Positions 37,844 to 50,627 of a DNA stretch of 62,567 nt are shown in pieces. A program made the translations under genes and the position numbers. Numbering within the stretch: position 1 is the stretch's first letter; the number at the start of each line of letters is the position of its first letter. Origin of the DNA: Negaprion brevirostris (Eukaryota). The notes beneath the pieces were generated by a model. It searched no databases. It saw only the letters and a program-made list of their open reading frames with translations, and was not told the origin of the DNA. Location: contig JARDVH010000031.1 in NCBI GenBank assembly GCA_030324005.1, forward strand, positions 68,175,651-68,238,217. Reading direction: 5' to 3'.

Positions 37844-39613
37844 AAGATTTTGAGCCAGATGTGACTCTTCTTAATTCTTGTACTTCAAGATCTTTAGTCT
37901 TTTCTGTTAGATTAAAAATTGTTTGTGTTTTTAAGCAATGTAGCCTAGAATTTCCTAAAATGTTGCTTTAAAGTAGCCCTGGCAAAGGAGAAATCTTTTT
38001 CAATTGTTTGCACTACTTCAGGGCATCTGTTAGAACCCTCAGCCATTCACTTATATCATTCCATCCATGCAGAAGTACCTCATACAACCACCCTGAGTTG
38101 ATGCTGCTTTGAAATAGATTTATGCCCAACAACTTAAGCATAACAAGACCCAAAATCACTCAATACTGACTGTTCATTTATACTTCTGGAGTTTTTGTAC
38201 ACTTTTCTAACAGAGGCCTGAACTATTTTTCACAAAGACACTGTCAGTCTCAGAGAATCTGAGATCTTTTAGGCTTCCACCCCATCCCCAATAGTGAATT
38301 TAGTTGGACCAAAATGTTGCAATGGATATCACTGTTCTACATAAAGANNNNNNNNNNNNNNNNNNNNNNNNNNNNNNNNNNNNNNNNNNNNNNNNNNNNN
38401 NNNNNNNNNNNNNNNNNNNNNNNNNNNNNNNNNNNNNNNNNNNNNNNNNNNNNNNNNNNNNNNNNNNNNNNNNNNNNNNNNNNNNNNNNNNNNNNNNNNN
38501 NNNNNNNNNNNNNNNNNNNNNNNNNNNNNNNNNNNNNNNNNNNNNNNNNNNNNNNNNNNNNNNNNNNNNNNNNNNNNNNNNNNNNNNNNNNNNNNNNNNN
38601 NNNNNNNNNNNNNNNNNNNNNNNNNNNNNNNNNNNNNNNNNNNNNNNNNNNNNNNNNNNNNNNNNNNNNNNNNNNNNNNNNNNNNNNNNNNNNNNNNNNN
38701 NNNNNNNNNNNNNNNNNNNNNNNNNNNNNNNNNNNNNNNNNNNNNNNNNNNNGTGAACTGCCATGATAAAAGACAACAGAACATTTTATGTTACGCTATT
38801 TGCTTATGTTTTTTGCAGGAGTTTTATGTCAGTTTTTTGAGGCAAATTTTGAGCAACTCCACAGAAAACAATTGAAGAAGGCTCCTCTTTATGTGGAAAC
38901 TGTCATAGGTTTCACTATAATGTTTTTGGAAACAGCCGTAAATTTAAGAGGCTGGTGTCTTCACACAATTTCATTTTAAAAAGCAACTCAGACAGAAGTG
39001 CCTGAAATGTGAAAGAGAAAGGCAGTTAATTTGTTCTCCGAAAGAAAAAGTACTCAATTCATTACAATCTATGGTAATAATAAACAACACACCACATTGG
39101 GAAGTTTTTGATTCCAGAAAGTCGGGAAGCGTTGTCTGGCATAACCACTCTCCATTCAGTTTGGACACAAGGGCATAAGATAGAGCCCGAAACAGTCACA
39201 GGCTGGTTTTTACACACAAAACTATACAAGGGTAAGGTCTCAGCAGGTTCATCAATAAGAGATAGAACGAAAGAGCTAGGAATATTTGCCCACTTCATCC
39301 ATCATTTCCTTATATACTTTTAATTCTCCATCCTCACTCTCTAAGAGGACCAACACTCATTTTACTTAACTTCCTTTTTAAATACTTGTCTAAACTCTTG
39401 TTACCTGGTTTGACATTTCTAGCTAGTACAAGTTAGTGTGCGTTTAAGAAAGGTTTTTTTAAAAAAAACATAATTTCTGCAGTTTTCACGGCTTCAGTCA
39501 TTTCTTAGCTCACAGCTTCAGTGATTGTCATTGTTGCCGGGCTGACAATAATTAGTCCTTGTATTGCTACTTCAGTAATTTAAATGGAGTTGGTGTGTTT
39601 ACTCTGGGATTAA

Positions 39614-40836
39614 TGTTACAATCCCACATTGTTCAGAGGACAGTCATGTGCTTTTTGACAGGTTTTCCTCTTAGTGAGTTTAAGGTTTCATTTTCAGTTC
39701 TGAGCTGCGTTGAGTATTAGAAGGGGTNNNNNNNNNNNNNNNNNNNNNNNNNNNNNNNNNNNNNNNNNNNNNNNNNNNNNNNNNNNNNNNNNNNNNNNNN
39801 NNNNNNNNNNNNNNNNNNNNNNNNNNNNNNNNNNNNNNNNNNNNNNNNNNNNNNNNNNNNNNNNNNNNNNNNNNNNNNNNNNNNNNNNNNNNNNNNNNNN
39901 NNNNNNNNNNNNNNNNNNNNNNNNNNNNNNNNNNNNNNNNNNNNNNNNNNNNNNNNNNNNNNNNNNNNNNNNNNNNNNNNNNNNNNNNNNNNNNNNNNNN
40001 NNNNNNNNNNNNNNNNNNNNNNNNNNNNNNNNNNNNNNNNNNNNNNNNNNNNNNNNNNNNNNNNNNNNNNNNNNNNNNNNNNNNNNNNNNNNNNNNNNNN
40101 NNNNNNNNNNNNNNNNNNNNNNNNNNNNNNNNNNNNNNNNNNNNNNNNNNNNNNNNNNNNNNNNNNNNNNNNNNNNNNNNNNNNNNNNNNNNNNNNNNNN
40201 NNNNNNNNNNNNNNNNNNNNNNNNNNNNNNNNNNNNNNNNNNNNNNNNNNNNNNNNNNNNNNNNNNNNNNNNNNNNNNNNNNNNNNNNNNNNNNNNNNNN
40301 NNNNNNNNNNNNNNNNNNNNNNNNNNNNNNNNNNNNNNNNNNNNNNNNNNNNNNNNNNNNNNNNNNNNNNNNNNNNNNNNNNNNNNNNNNNNNNNNNNNN
40401 NNNNNNNNNNNNNNNNNNNNNNNNNNNNNNNNNNNNNNNNNNNNNNNNNNNNNNNNNNNNNNNNNNNNNNNNNNNNNNNNNNNNNNNNNNNNNNNNNNNN
40501 NNNNNNNNNAATCCATGTTGTATTGAACCTGTTTAAAGGGTTGTTTATGGAGGTTGGTTTGATTGGGACAGCTTATATATATTCATTAAGGGTTATACGT
40601 TATTGTGGGTGTTTTGTTTTTGCTTGTAATTGTTAGAAGTTACTGCTAATTTTCTTTCCATACATGTTAACCATATTCTTAAATAAACTTTGTTTGAGAA
40701 AAGCTGAACAGTAGGTCTTTTGAATCACACCTGAAGTGGAACATATTATGCTTATTCAAGCCAAATTCAAGATGCAAAACCTATGATTCAGGCAGGCTCC
40801 ATACAATACTCTAGAGTTTCTAACTTGAACCATAAA
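39614..40836 (+). mobile_element. Putative solo LTR spanning a gap
   Basis: Starts tgttacaatccc; AATAAA at ~40682, then gaatcacacctgaagtg..ggctccat..ccataa, similar to 1489-2162. Confidence 0.4.
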
Positions 40837-42454
40837 GTTAGTTTTCTCTCATATTCTAATTAATTTCTCCAGAATAATCTTCTGGTCATTTTCTGCCACC
40901 CTTCATTTGCTGACCAACCATCTGACCTACCACTTTCTTTGCACATTTATATACTTTTTATTTAAGTTAGATGCTTTCATTAACTTCTTTAGTTAACCTA
41001 ACTAATTAAGTAATTAAGGAAAGTGGTACGGATTTGTTAAAGGCAAATCATGCTCAAATATCCTGCTTGAGTTTTTGGAGGAGTTAACAAGGGTGAGTTT
41101 GAATTTGTAAAGGAGATGGTTATCTGAAGTTAGTAAATCCCTCAATCCACAAATCTATCCATGGAGGCCCCCACCTTACATACTTTCATTCCAGGAAGGC
41201 TGAAGAAGGATGGAGTCAGGCCTAAGGCAGCAATAGAGGTGGGTGGGTGGCAGGGCTTGCAATCTGGAATACTTGTCTTCATTTGTTGGAATATCAGCCC
41301 AATTGTAATGGTGGATGTAAGACACTCAGCCTTTTATCTTCCAACCCAATACATCCATGCCCTATTCATGTTAATAAATTTATCCATGCTATTAATTTTA
41401 CTCATATCTCCTCATGACTCCCAAACCCTGCCTTCATGCTGTCTTATATCTTTCATATCACTTCATGCTCTCCCAAAATTCCATATCTCCTCAAATAACC
41501 CCTCAAAGCTGCCTCATAACCCCCCTTGCCACATACATCATCCATATTGACCCCCTCAGTATCTATTCTGTACAGAACCTATGACTCATTGGCAAGTCTT
41601 TGAAATCATCTTAAAAGTTACGCAGTAAACGAGGTCCTTCAGATTGTCAATATAATAAGGTTTTATACACTTCAGATCTCTTGATCCTGTGTAAATAAAT
41701 TCACAGGTAGTGAAAAATTTCTTCAGATAATTACAGGTTATTACAAAGTAATGAAGATATTAATCAAACAAAGTTTCCCTCCACTCTGAACTTTACAAGC
41801 ATTGTTTACTGTGATCTAAGTGGATTAGCCAGACATTCATGATGAGGCTAGCTGACAATTGTATTATCCAAAGCAGGCTGAATAAGTGTGATATTGTGCT
41901 TGTATTAGTTGTAGGTGTAGATAATGAAATGAACAGATAACAATGGGCAATGATTAATGGGAACAAGAACAAAGCTGTCACGCATTCTGAAAACCACTAT
42001 GATATTGGTTAGTAGAGCAGAAGTAGAACTCATAATTTCACATGTGGCTCCATGCTATTAAGTAATCAAAAATGTTCTTTCATCTGACATATCTAAAATA
42101 AAAATGAAGTTGCCAAAATCATGCCGGGGATTCACACTGGAACTTGATCCAAGAACATTTGCCAATGCCTTATTGAACCTTTTTGAATATTCTTTCACAA
42201 ACAAATTACTTGCAGAGCTATGTGTCTGTACAATATATACACAATATGAATTTTTGACTAAATCTCAGATGCTCATAAGTAAAACATTTAATTTTTGATC
42301 CAATGGCCCAACTTCTTCGAGATCAAAGGGGAATGTTGCACTGAACGAAAAAAACTAAGGTATCAGTCAAACAAAATTGCAAAAGCATTTATCGGTGTTA
42401 AACTGAACTTGTTGTTAAGAATAACTTGCATCAAAATAAATTGTGCTATTAAAC

Positions 42455-42575
42455 CAAGCAAGGTGAGAATGAATCAAAAGTCTTGTTTTACACCCCATTG
42501 GTTTTATTCCCATTGAAATCAATGGAAAATAATACAGTGTGGGACTCAAAACTGGTTGTTATTTCACCATGACCT
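42455..42575. repeat. Imperfect palindrome centred on ccattga-aa-tcaatgg (old palindromic MITE)
   Basis: ggtgagaat..gtttt..cccc..ttattcccattgaaatcaatggaaaataa..ggg..aaaac..atttcacc. Confidence 0.6.
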
Positions 42576-45048
42576 ACTTTGTGTTACCGTCTCCATATCG
42601 ATTTCATTTTGATTGCCATTCCAGACGAATGATTCTTGTGGTGGAAGCTATGCTATTAAATGGCAGGAATTATCAAAGCAAATGATAGCTGTAAAGCAGA
42701 CATTTTAATTTAGAATGCCTTTATGTTTTCCACATTATAATTGTCTACGTCATCTATTTTGAAAACATATCATTTGATTTCCCACCATAGAGTGTGGAAG
42801 GCATTTGTTTTAATAACGAACACATGTTATTCTGACTTCAGAAGGAAGTCCCACAATGCATGGCATTGACTTGATGATTGTAGGTTCATTTTCAGACAGA
42901 TTGAGAGTCATGCTTTTAATCATCATCTGTCATTTGTTAGCTTGCCATGCTAAGTGATTATCCTCGATGTGCTCATATGTTCTTTTCGGAGGAAATATGA
43001 GCGGAGTTTTAGAAGAAGCAAATAGAGCCCAAATATGCAAATTGGGCAGAAGACTATTTTCCTTAACCTATTCACATCTATATTTACTCCATCAGAAAGA
43101 CCACGTGCTTCTATCATTGTAAAATCATCTGCTAATTTTATTATATTCCAATTATTATACAGAGGACTTTTTAACGTTGTTTGGGAGAGTAAGGGAATAA
43201 AACGGATACATAACAGGACAGTTCTATTTCTAAATATCAACATTGCTCATATAAATAATGAAAAAAAAGCAAAATAATTCAGCAGCGTTTTATGAGAACC
43301 ACTGCGAGCAGCAGCAACATCTTCTCCAAGTTTAAAATAAAATGTTGCTTTCACCTGAAGAATTGGAGCACCAGGTAAGATATCTGGTCTATCATACCAC
43401 TCCTATTCAAGGTATCTACTATCTTTATGAGAAACCTGGTCACTTCAGGTGAAAAAAAAATGAATAAAACTGATCATTGAATCCTTCACAAAACCTTCTG
43501 AAACTGCTTTGTATTAGGTTATATAAAAGCTCCAAGAAAAGATGCATTTTGAACAAGCCAGCATTTTGACAAATGGAATTCACCTTTCTATGCCTGAAGT
43601 TGAATCAAAGCAAAAGTAAAAATCTAATGTGTTTTTAGAGAAATTAAATATTTGGTGTCCCCCAACATGAAAAAGATNNNNNNNNNNTAAGTTAAATGTC
43701 AAAGATTTTGTGCTTGACGGAAGCACAGGTCATATAATCAATGCCACTGTGTCAGAAACACAGCCCCTTGATGCAGTGCCCTGCTGGGTGTGCAGACCCA
43801 TTGAATTTACTCTACAGCAAGGGTTACTTGCAAAGGTTTATCTTGGACATCAATCTTTGGCTAATGTTCCCATGCATAATCGCATTGAGCACTTCTTTTT
43901 CCCTTCCATTTTTTTCTATTGATAAACAAACATGCTGTGAATAGGCATTTTTAATCATCAAATTAAACTTTATAAGAATATAAAGTTTATCAAATATGAA
44001 TAGATATGTGGACTGCTATTCTCTCCTGATATCTGATCCTTTATACACATGTACAGTTATAAAAAAAATTGGCAACCGTACCTAATCGCTAACAGATTGT
44101 TGGAATGCGAAAGCTAAAGTGCAATGAGAAAAGTATTGAATACGAGTGTTAAACAAAATGTTAAAGCAATAAATATTTCTAATCTCCCATGGAGATGAAA
44201 GAGCAAGAATTCTCTGAACCTTCAGCTGAAATCAATAGACAAAAAATAAGATAGATAGTGAGTTAGTGGAAGGAAATCCAAACTAACCTTCAATCTTATT
44301 TTATCTTATACTTGGCACTTCGTAAGATTTCCCTGTGTAGTCTCTTACAAGGGAATTTTCACAGGAGGTGTACAATGAGTGTTGTTGATCGTCATACTAA
44401 TTAAAATGGCACTTAAATGGCATTTGTGAATTATTGAAATACATGGTTCAATGATTATTCATTGGGGTGGTGTATCATGAGTTCCTAAATCATTTGCCTA
44501 AGATCTCTGTCACCGTATTTTAATTTGAAACAGCAAGGTTTCAAAGCAAAATCTTTGGAAACTGGCTGAAGGGAATGAAGCAGCAGTTATGTGCTGTAGG
44601 AATTATGTAAAAGTGCTGAGCAGGGTGCCCAAGGATTGATTTACTATTACTGTTTTTCTAATTTNNNNNNNNNNAGAAGCTGAATGTAAACTGGGCGAAT
44701 ACACAGCTGGGAAGGGAGCCAAATTTGAGGAGTTTGGTTGAGTTAGATCAAATATGTATGGACTTTTAAAACTGGGCTGCAAATAGGAAGAAAATATGGT
44801 GGGCTTAACTACTTAATGACTGGTATGTACATAGATAAGGAAACTGAAGAGAATTATGGGTTTTCGTAGATTTGGTTCTTAACATTTCCGACAGAATTTG
44901 AAACTATCTTCTGAAATAGTACAACACAAAACAGAGAAAGTTACACCAAGTACTCCAGTCAGACATCAGATTGAGGATTTTCCTCAGTTCAGCCCACTGA
45001 AGCATAAAGGATACACTGAAGTCTCATAGGCACTTGATAAAAGATATT

Positions 45049-45184
45049 GGCAGGAATTCTCTGACCTCATTGACTCTGTCAATGCTGCCAGTGAGAACGG
45101 AGAATTTAACACTCAGCCAAAACTCCATTCACTGCTGTGGCACTGGAGGATCCCAGCTACGGGTGAGGCCAGAGAATTGCAGCC
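45049..45184. mobile_element. MITE family M2
   Basis: TIRs ggcaggaattctc / gagaattgcagcc; core ctcagccaaaactccattcactgc. Confidence 0.8.
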
Positions 45185-45689
45185 ATGATCTTTAACATCA
45201 GTAACTTGATGTGGTTAACTGCATTAAAGATGTTATGCATATGCAAACTGTTGTTGTTGCTGTTGACTGAGCACTCAGAAACAGCTAGAGAAATCTGGGA
45301 CTGGATATTCAAATGTGGGGTCAGGATCCTGATGCACGGATGCATTCTAGGTCCTGATCCCGTCCCCGAACAGCATCACTCTCGTGAGATGGTCTTAGAA
45401 TGTAAAAGGTCCAATTGGCCAGGAGATTAGCTCGGTGCCTGGTGGGAATCACCTGCTGGGCACCAGCAGGAAATGCAAGTGGCAACCATATTGGTGGTTT
45501 GTGCTGCCCTGCCAATTTGGGCAGGCAACTCCTTGGAAGGCCATGGGCTGGAAAAAGGCAGAGAGCATGACAAGCTAAGGACCAGAGTTTGCGTTGCCGT
45601 CAACTGACCCCCACGTTTGTCTCAAAAATCTCAGAAAAAATTTATTTGGGCCCCAGGGCGAACATGACAGAGGTGAACTGAAGTACACA

Positions 45690-45900
45690 ATAAGAAGCCT
45701 CACAACACCAGGTTAAAGTCCATTAGGTTTATTTGGAATCACAAGCTTTTGGACATCTGCTTTTTCATCAGGTGAGTGAGGAACATGAAGAAGGAGCAAT
45801 GCTGAAAGCCCATAATTCCAAATAAACCTATTGGATTTTCACCTGGTATTGTGAGACTTCTTACTGTGCCCACCCCAGTCCAACGCTGTCTCCACATCTT
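45690..45900. mobile_element. PLE-derived fold-back element P1 (degenerate hammerheads), ~10-12-bp TSD
   Basis: taagaagcctcacaacaccaggttaaagtcc..tcatcaggtgagt / ..aataaacctattgga..cctggtattgtgagacttcttact plus tail gtgcccaccccagtccaacgc..tctccacatc; flanks gaagtacaca (45680-45689) and gatgtacaca (45901-45910). Confidence 0.85.
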
Positions 45901-46436
45901 GATGTACACAAGGCTGTTCTCGGGCTTGCCAGAAACAATTCTGAAGATTGCATCCTGTTTCAGACAGGTCCATTAACAAGCTCCTAAAGGAGTTTAAGGG
46001 ACTGTTAGTTGGTAGCGAGTGTCTCCCTCACTCCCTGTTCCATGCCAGCCCTTGGATTTTTCAAGGTTGTTCTGGAGGTGTTGGGATCCTGAGATGACCT
46101 CCAGGACTGAGATCATCAAAGCCCTCCCTTCCAGGTTCCAAAACTTGCAACTCTTTGAAAATCTCAGCTCTGCACTTTTCAACCTGAAAAGGTAATTTTC
46201 AACTGATGAATGACAACAAATGGTCTATAAAGATAGATACAGAATTTGATTACAAATTTAATCATGACAAATGGACCAAGTGCAAGAATAAATCAGTAAA
46301 AATTACAATTTGGGACAGATGTGATGGAGTTCTTCTTTAAATAGATTGTTGTCAGCCTACAACAAATTTTATAGTGTGAACAATACACTGGCAGATGGTT
46401 TCTTGAATAAACCTTGCTCACTGCCACATAAGACTC

Positions 46437-46621
46437 ATGATGTGGAGATGCTGGCATTGGACAGGGGTAGGCACAGTAAGAAGTCTTATAACACCAGGTT
46501 AAATTCCAACAGGCTTATTTGGAATCAAGAGCTTTTGGAGCCATGATTCACCTGATGAAAGAGCAATGCATGATTCCAAATAAACCTGTTGGACTTTAAC
46601 CTGATGTTGTGAAGCATTACT
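46437..46621. mobile_element. PLE-derived fold-back element P1, opposite orientation, centre partly deleted
   Basis: Tail atgatgtggagatgctggcattggacaggggtaggcac, then agtaagaagtcttataacaccaggtt.. / ..tcacctgatgaaagagca..aataaacctgttggactttaacctgatgttgtga. Confidence 0.85.
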
Positions 46622-48682
46622 TGATTTTTGCAAGGTAGTCTTGGGCTGCAGGAGGGAGTGTCCCGGCTTCTGAACCAGAAACTCTGGATTTGCGCCCCCG
46701 CCCAAAGCCTCTTGGCCAATAACAAAGGTATATTTAGAACACGACCAAACAGGTGGAGGGAGCGTCAATCTGCAAATCCTTCCAGTGCACACAAATGGGA
46801 GACAGTAAGAGTGGCAGATACTCTACCATCACTTCCCATAATTCAACACCACAACACATACGTAAAACTGCATGTTACCACAACAGCTCGGAGTACCCGA
46901 GTGAACGATAGCACACACTACTCAATTTCTGAACAGATGCTGGAATAGGCAGTCACTGCTCCTGCCAACAATATTTGAACTAAAAATCCCTCAGGTTTTG
47001 GGACCACAATGCAGTTTTGCTCCTCCTCTGGGTAGGGTGCATTGAACCACTAAATTAGACATGCTAGAAAAAACTTTTGGCCGACCACTCCAAAACAAAA
47101 CCAAGAAATTATTTTGCTAATTGTATTTGAAGGGTCAGAATTTTCCTAGCATTGCACAATTACTGCCACTGCCGACCCCTCCATGTCCCCTCCCCACTGG
47201 CTCCCAATGGAGCCCTCACCTCTGCATCCATCTAAGTTTTAAATGTGAATTTCTGGCTTGGTTCCACAGATTTTTAATCCTCTGGCGTGACAAGCTGCCA
47301 GTCATCGCTTGTTCAGCAAAGTCATACTAACACTTTATGTTCAGTGCAATTGAGTGACTGTTGTAGGGCAATATCGGGGATTGTGTCTTTTATATTTTAA
47401 TTTATGTGTCAATTTGTGTTTTATTTAATTTCAATATGATACATGCAGGGCTACATAGAGCAAACCCAGAGGGCCAGGCCTCACCAGAGGAAAGGAAAGG
47501 ATTGATGCAGACAGCTAGAGGCTGCTCTGCAGACAGACAATGATTAAATCATGCTACCAACTTCTGATGTGCAGGAGGTCGATCTAAATTATTATGACAA
47601 TGGGAGAACTAACATTAAGACAGTCAGACTCCAAGTAGTCTAGAGAGGGTATAGTCTTCCATAAAACATGGGGATAATGATTAACACATCAGTGCAAATC
47701 AATAGAGCAAATACAACACTTTGACATTATAATTGGGTAAATGCAACTGCCCAAGAAACTGATTAACAAAGTTGTACTAAACATGTCTGCATAACGAGAT
47801 TAAAAGAACCATTATGTACCCAACTCGAGGAATCACTATGCTAATATACACCTTTGTGACTCCAAATAGTATGTTAACCTGTATCAATCTACCAAGGGCA
47901 GAGAGGACTCGCAGGCAACCTGAGAGTTCAGGTCCTAGTTCAGCTCTCCCTCATGCATGTGGAATAGAAACTTTTCTTGAAGTTCAACACGGTCTCCAAA
48001 GCTCGACTCATTTTATTTCCTTCCTACAGTAACACCCGAGATCGAAAATGAAGCAAACCGCCCATCGATGTTGTTAATCACGTGGGGTGTGCTTTCTGTC
48101 CATTGACTGAAGTTGCACACCAACATCATCATCAGAGTGATTGGCCAATGGAACAAATAACAGCCTGAGAAAACTTCAGAGATGGTTGGATGCCATGGTT
48201 GTTGGTCGAGGTGGCCCATTTGCTCATCTAATATGTAAAATCAGCCCGGGTGAATGAGCAAAGAAGGGACTTCCTCACACCAACTAGGATGTTTTAAAAA
48301 TGTAGGCTGGACGTCAATGGGAATTCCAGAGAATCTCACTGCTGGCAANNNNNNNNNNNNNNNNNNNNNNNNNNNNNNNNNNGTGTAGCTGGGAGGCAGG
48401 AGAATCTCACCCCTAATTTCTGTCAGCCTCATTTTCCTAGAAAACGGACATATTTTTAAAATGAGCGGTCATATTTATTGATGCCTACAGCAGTATTCAC
48501 ATTTGCTAACCACCGCTGAGTTAAATGTCTTTCAAAACATGTAAAATATTTAACTTTGGTTAGACTTGTCAAAGGCACTCACTGCTGCAACACCAACATA
48601 CTTTGCAATAGGTTGATTGCAAATTTAAAACACCCATTTATCTACTATAATAGAATGAATTCTTAAATATATCGAGACTCAC

Positions 48683-48946
48683 TGTGCAGGCTGTGTGAAA
48701 TATTGATGATTCTCTCTTCAGTAAATCCATTCAGCGGTGTCATCTTGGCACATTTCAGTTCAGCATGAGTGGACATTTCCTCAGCTGTTATCCAGCAGAC
48801 CAGCTCCTCATCATAAATAAAATCCAGTGCTATGATTCCATTAATGTTAACAGAATTGAGAGTCGGAACACTTGATCCATTCAGACTGGTCACCACAATA
48901 TTTTTAACATTGGCGATTAAAAGTACAGGTGGTCTATCAATGGGTT
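48683..48946 (-). CDS. LRP1B: Internal coding exon of an LRP1-family LDL-receptor-related protein, most likely LRP1B (exon-6 equivalent: end of EGF linker and start of first YWTD beta-propeller)
   Basis: Minus strand reads acceptor ttgttaatcttttccAG|AACCCATT... to ...CTGCACA|GTgagt donor; 264 bp, phase 1-1, open frame (E)PIDRPPVLLIANVKNIVVTSLNGSSVPTLNSVNINGIIALDFIYDEELVCWITAEEMSTHAELKCAKMTPLNGFTEERIINISHSLH. From memory this matches LRP1B (EPTDRPPILLIAN...[24 protein letters not shown]...LKC...TINI) and LRP1 (EPVDRPPVLLIAN...LKCARM...INISLSLH). The LDFIY/LNG motifs and giant introns favour LRP1B. Family call is strong; paralog call is moderate. Confidence 0.88.
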
Positions 48947-49254
48947 CTGGAAAAGATTAACAAAGAGCGTAATTTAAAAATAAAACTACTTCACAATACC
49001 TTTCAATTACAAAGCTCAAATCAATCCAGAACTTGGAAAGAATTTAGACATATGCAGAATAAAACGGGAATTGTGTAATTTATTCTGATGACATAGCATA
49101 AAATGATGCATTGAGAAGTAAAATTGATGATCACATTGTGGAAAAACATTTGCATATTTGCTCATAATTGTCTTTCCATTGGAAATCCAGTAGGCATAGT
49201 ACAGCTGAGGCCTGAGAGAAAATATTACAGCTGTTTTGTTTTCCCTTCCTGGGC

Positions 49255-49378
49255 CATAAGACCATAAGATATAGAAGTAGAATTAGGTTATTCGGCCCAA
49301 CAGGTCTGCTCCGCCAGTCTATCATGGCTGATAAATTTCTCAACCCCATTTTCCTGACTTTTCCCTGTAACCTTTAAA
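49255..49378 (-). mobile_element. CR1 LINE 3' end
   Basis: cataagaccataagatatagaagtagaattagg..attcggccc..tctgctccgcca..atcatggctgat. Confidence 0.8.
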
Positions 49379-50627
49379 CAATTTACCTTAGGCAATTTAC
49401 ATGGCCTGGAATTTCAGGGATAGGTTTACTCCTTAACTCAGCAGTGCACTTAAAAAAGTGGGGCCAAATTCTAATCACGGAGATTGGGGTCCTCTCTGTT
49501 CCTTGGTGGGCAGCAATGAGAAGGCCCTGAGTGTTCCTAGTCTTTTGAAGGGAAAAAGGATTCAACATAATTGAGAGCATGATCTTCAGACTGTCCCCAT
49601 AAACATGGGAGCATTTAAACCAAGATGCTGAGGTGGGGTGGGCTGGGGTGGCCGGGGGAGGAGGGGTACTATAAACCTTTGCTACCTATCTGGCTGGTGG
49701 TGTACTGCCAAGGGATTATCCTCCAACAAGTGTGGCCTGGCTGATTTCTATGATTCGTAACTTCTGAGGAACGACAGCAGAAATCCATGGGCCACCAAAA
49801 ATTGTTGAACTTTTTGCACACTGACCGAAGTTGAAAAATCACGATCCAACTCCTGATGGGAGCAGCAGCCTTTGGTTTTCAGCAATACAATCACTGCAGG
49901 TATGGCACAGGAGGACTTGAGCCATGCCCCCTTGTGACGGGGCCAGACTGGGTACGCCCTTTGAGGTCTAACAGTTTTAAAGTGAAGGCAAGAGATCAAA
50001 AGAATTCCCTGCTATTATAACGGTATGTTGATTTTTTTTTTTGCTATTTCTTTTAAGCAGTCAATTCTATTATTATTGGTTCATTTAAAGTGTAAATTTT
50101 AATTTTATTTTTATGATTGAACATGAATATTATTTAATATGCACTAATGAAGATCTATTTTGCTATTTGTTTTAATCTGTGAAATTACTCTGAAAGTCTG
50201 CATTATATTATTATATAATTTAATGTGTGGCATGCTTATAATTGTTCATATGCTTTAATTTAGAATATGGAAGCTGAAAATGTAATTGGGAAGAAGAGAG
50301 TTCGGAGCTTCTTGGACCACGATTTGGATACCTTATTTCATGAGGTTAAGCAAAGAAGAGTTTGCAGTTTGAGCCATGGAAAGTCTAAGCCACCATGTGT
50401 TTATCATTAGTATTCTCCTGCCTTGTTTACTTTATTTATAATTATCTCATATTCAACTGTTCTGTTTTGATGTTTCAATAAAGCACTTGTGCAATTTCAT
50501 ATTTAAATATTTTGTTTTATTGCTTCAATAAAGCATGAGTAGAATTTTGTAAAGTTTAATCAAAGACATTTATTCACAAAAATAATGTTATAAATACAAA
50601 ACTTTGATACCATGTGAGCATTTAACT

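Noticed and set aside
48663-48896. ORF-track start/stop for the LRP peptide as a single-exon gene
   Set aside because: Homology extends upstream of the GTG start to the AG acceptor at 48947-48948 and stops at the GT donor at 48681-48682; it is an internal exon.
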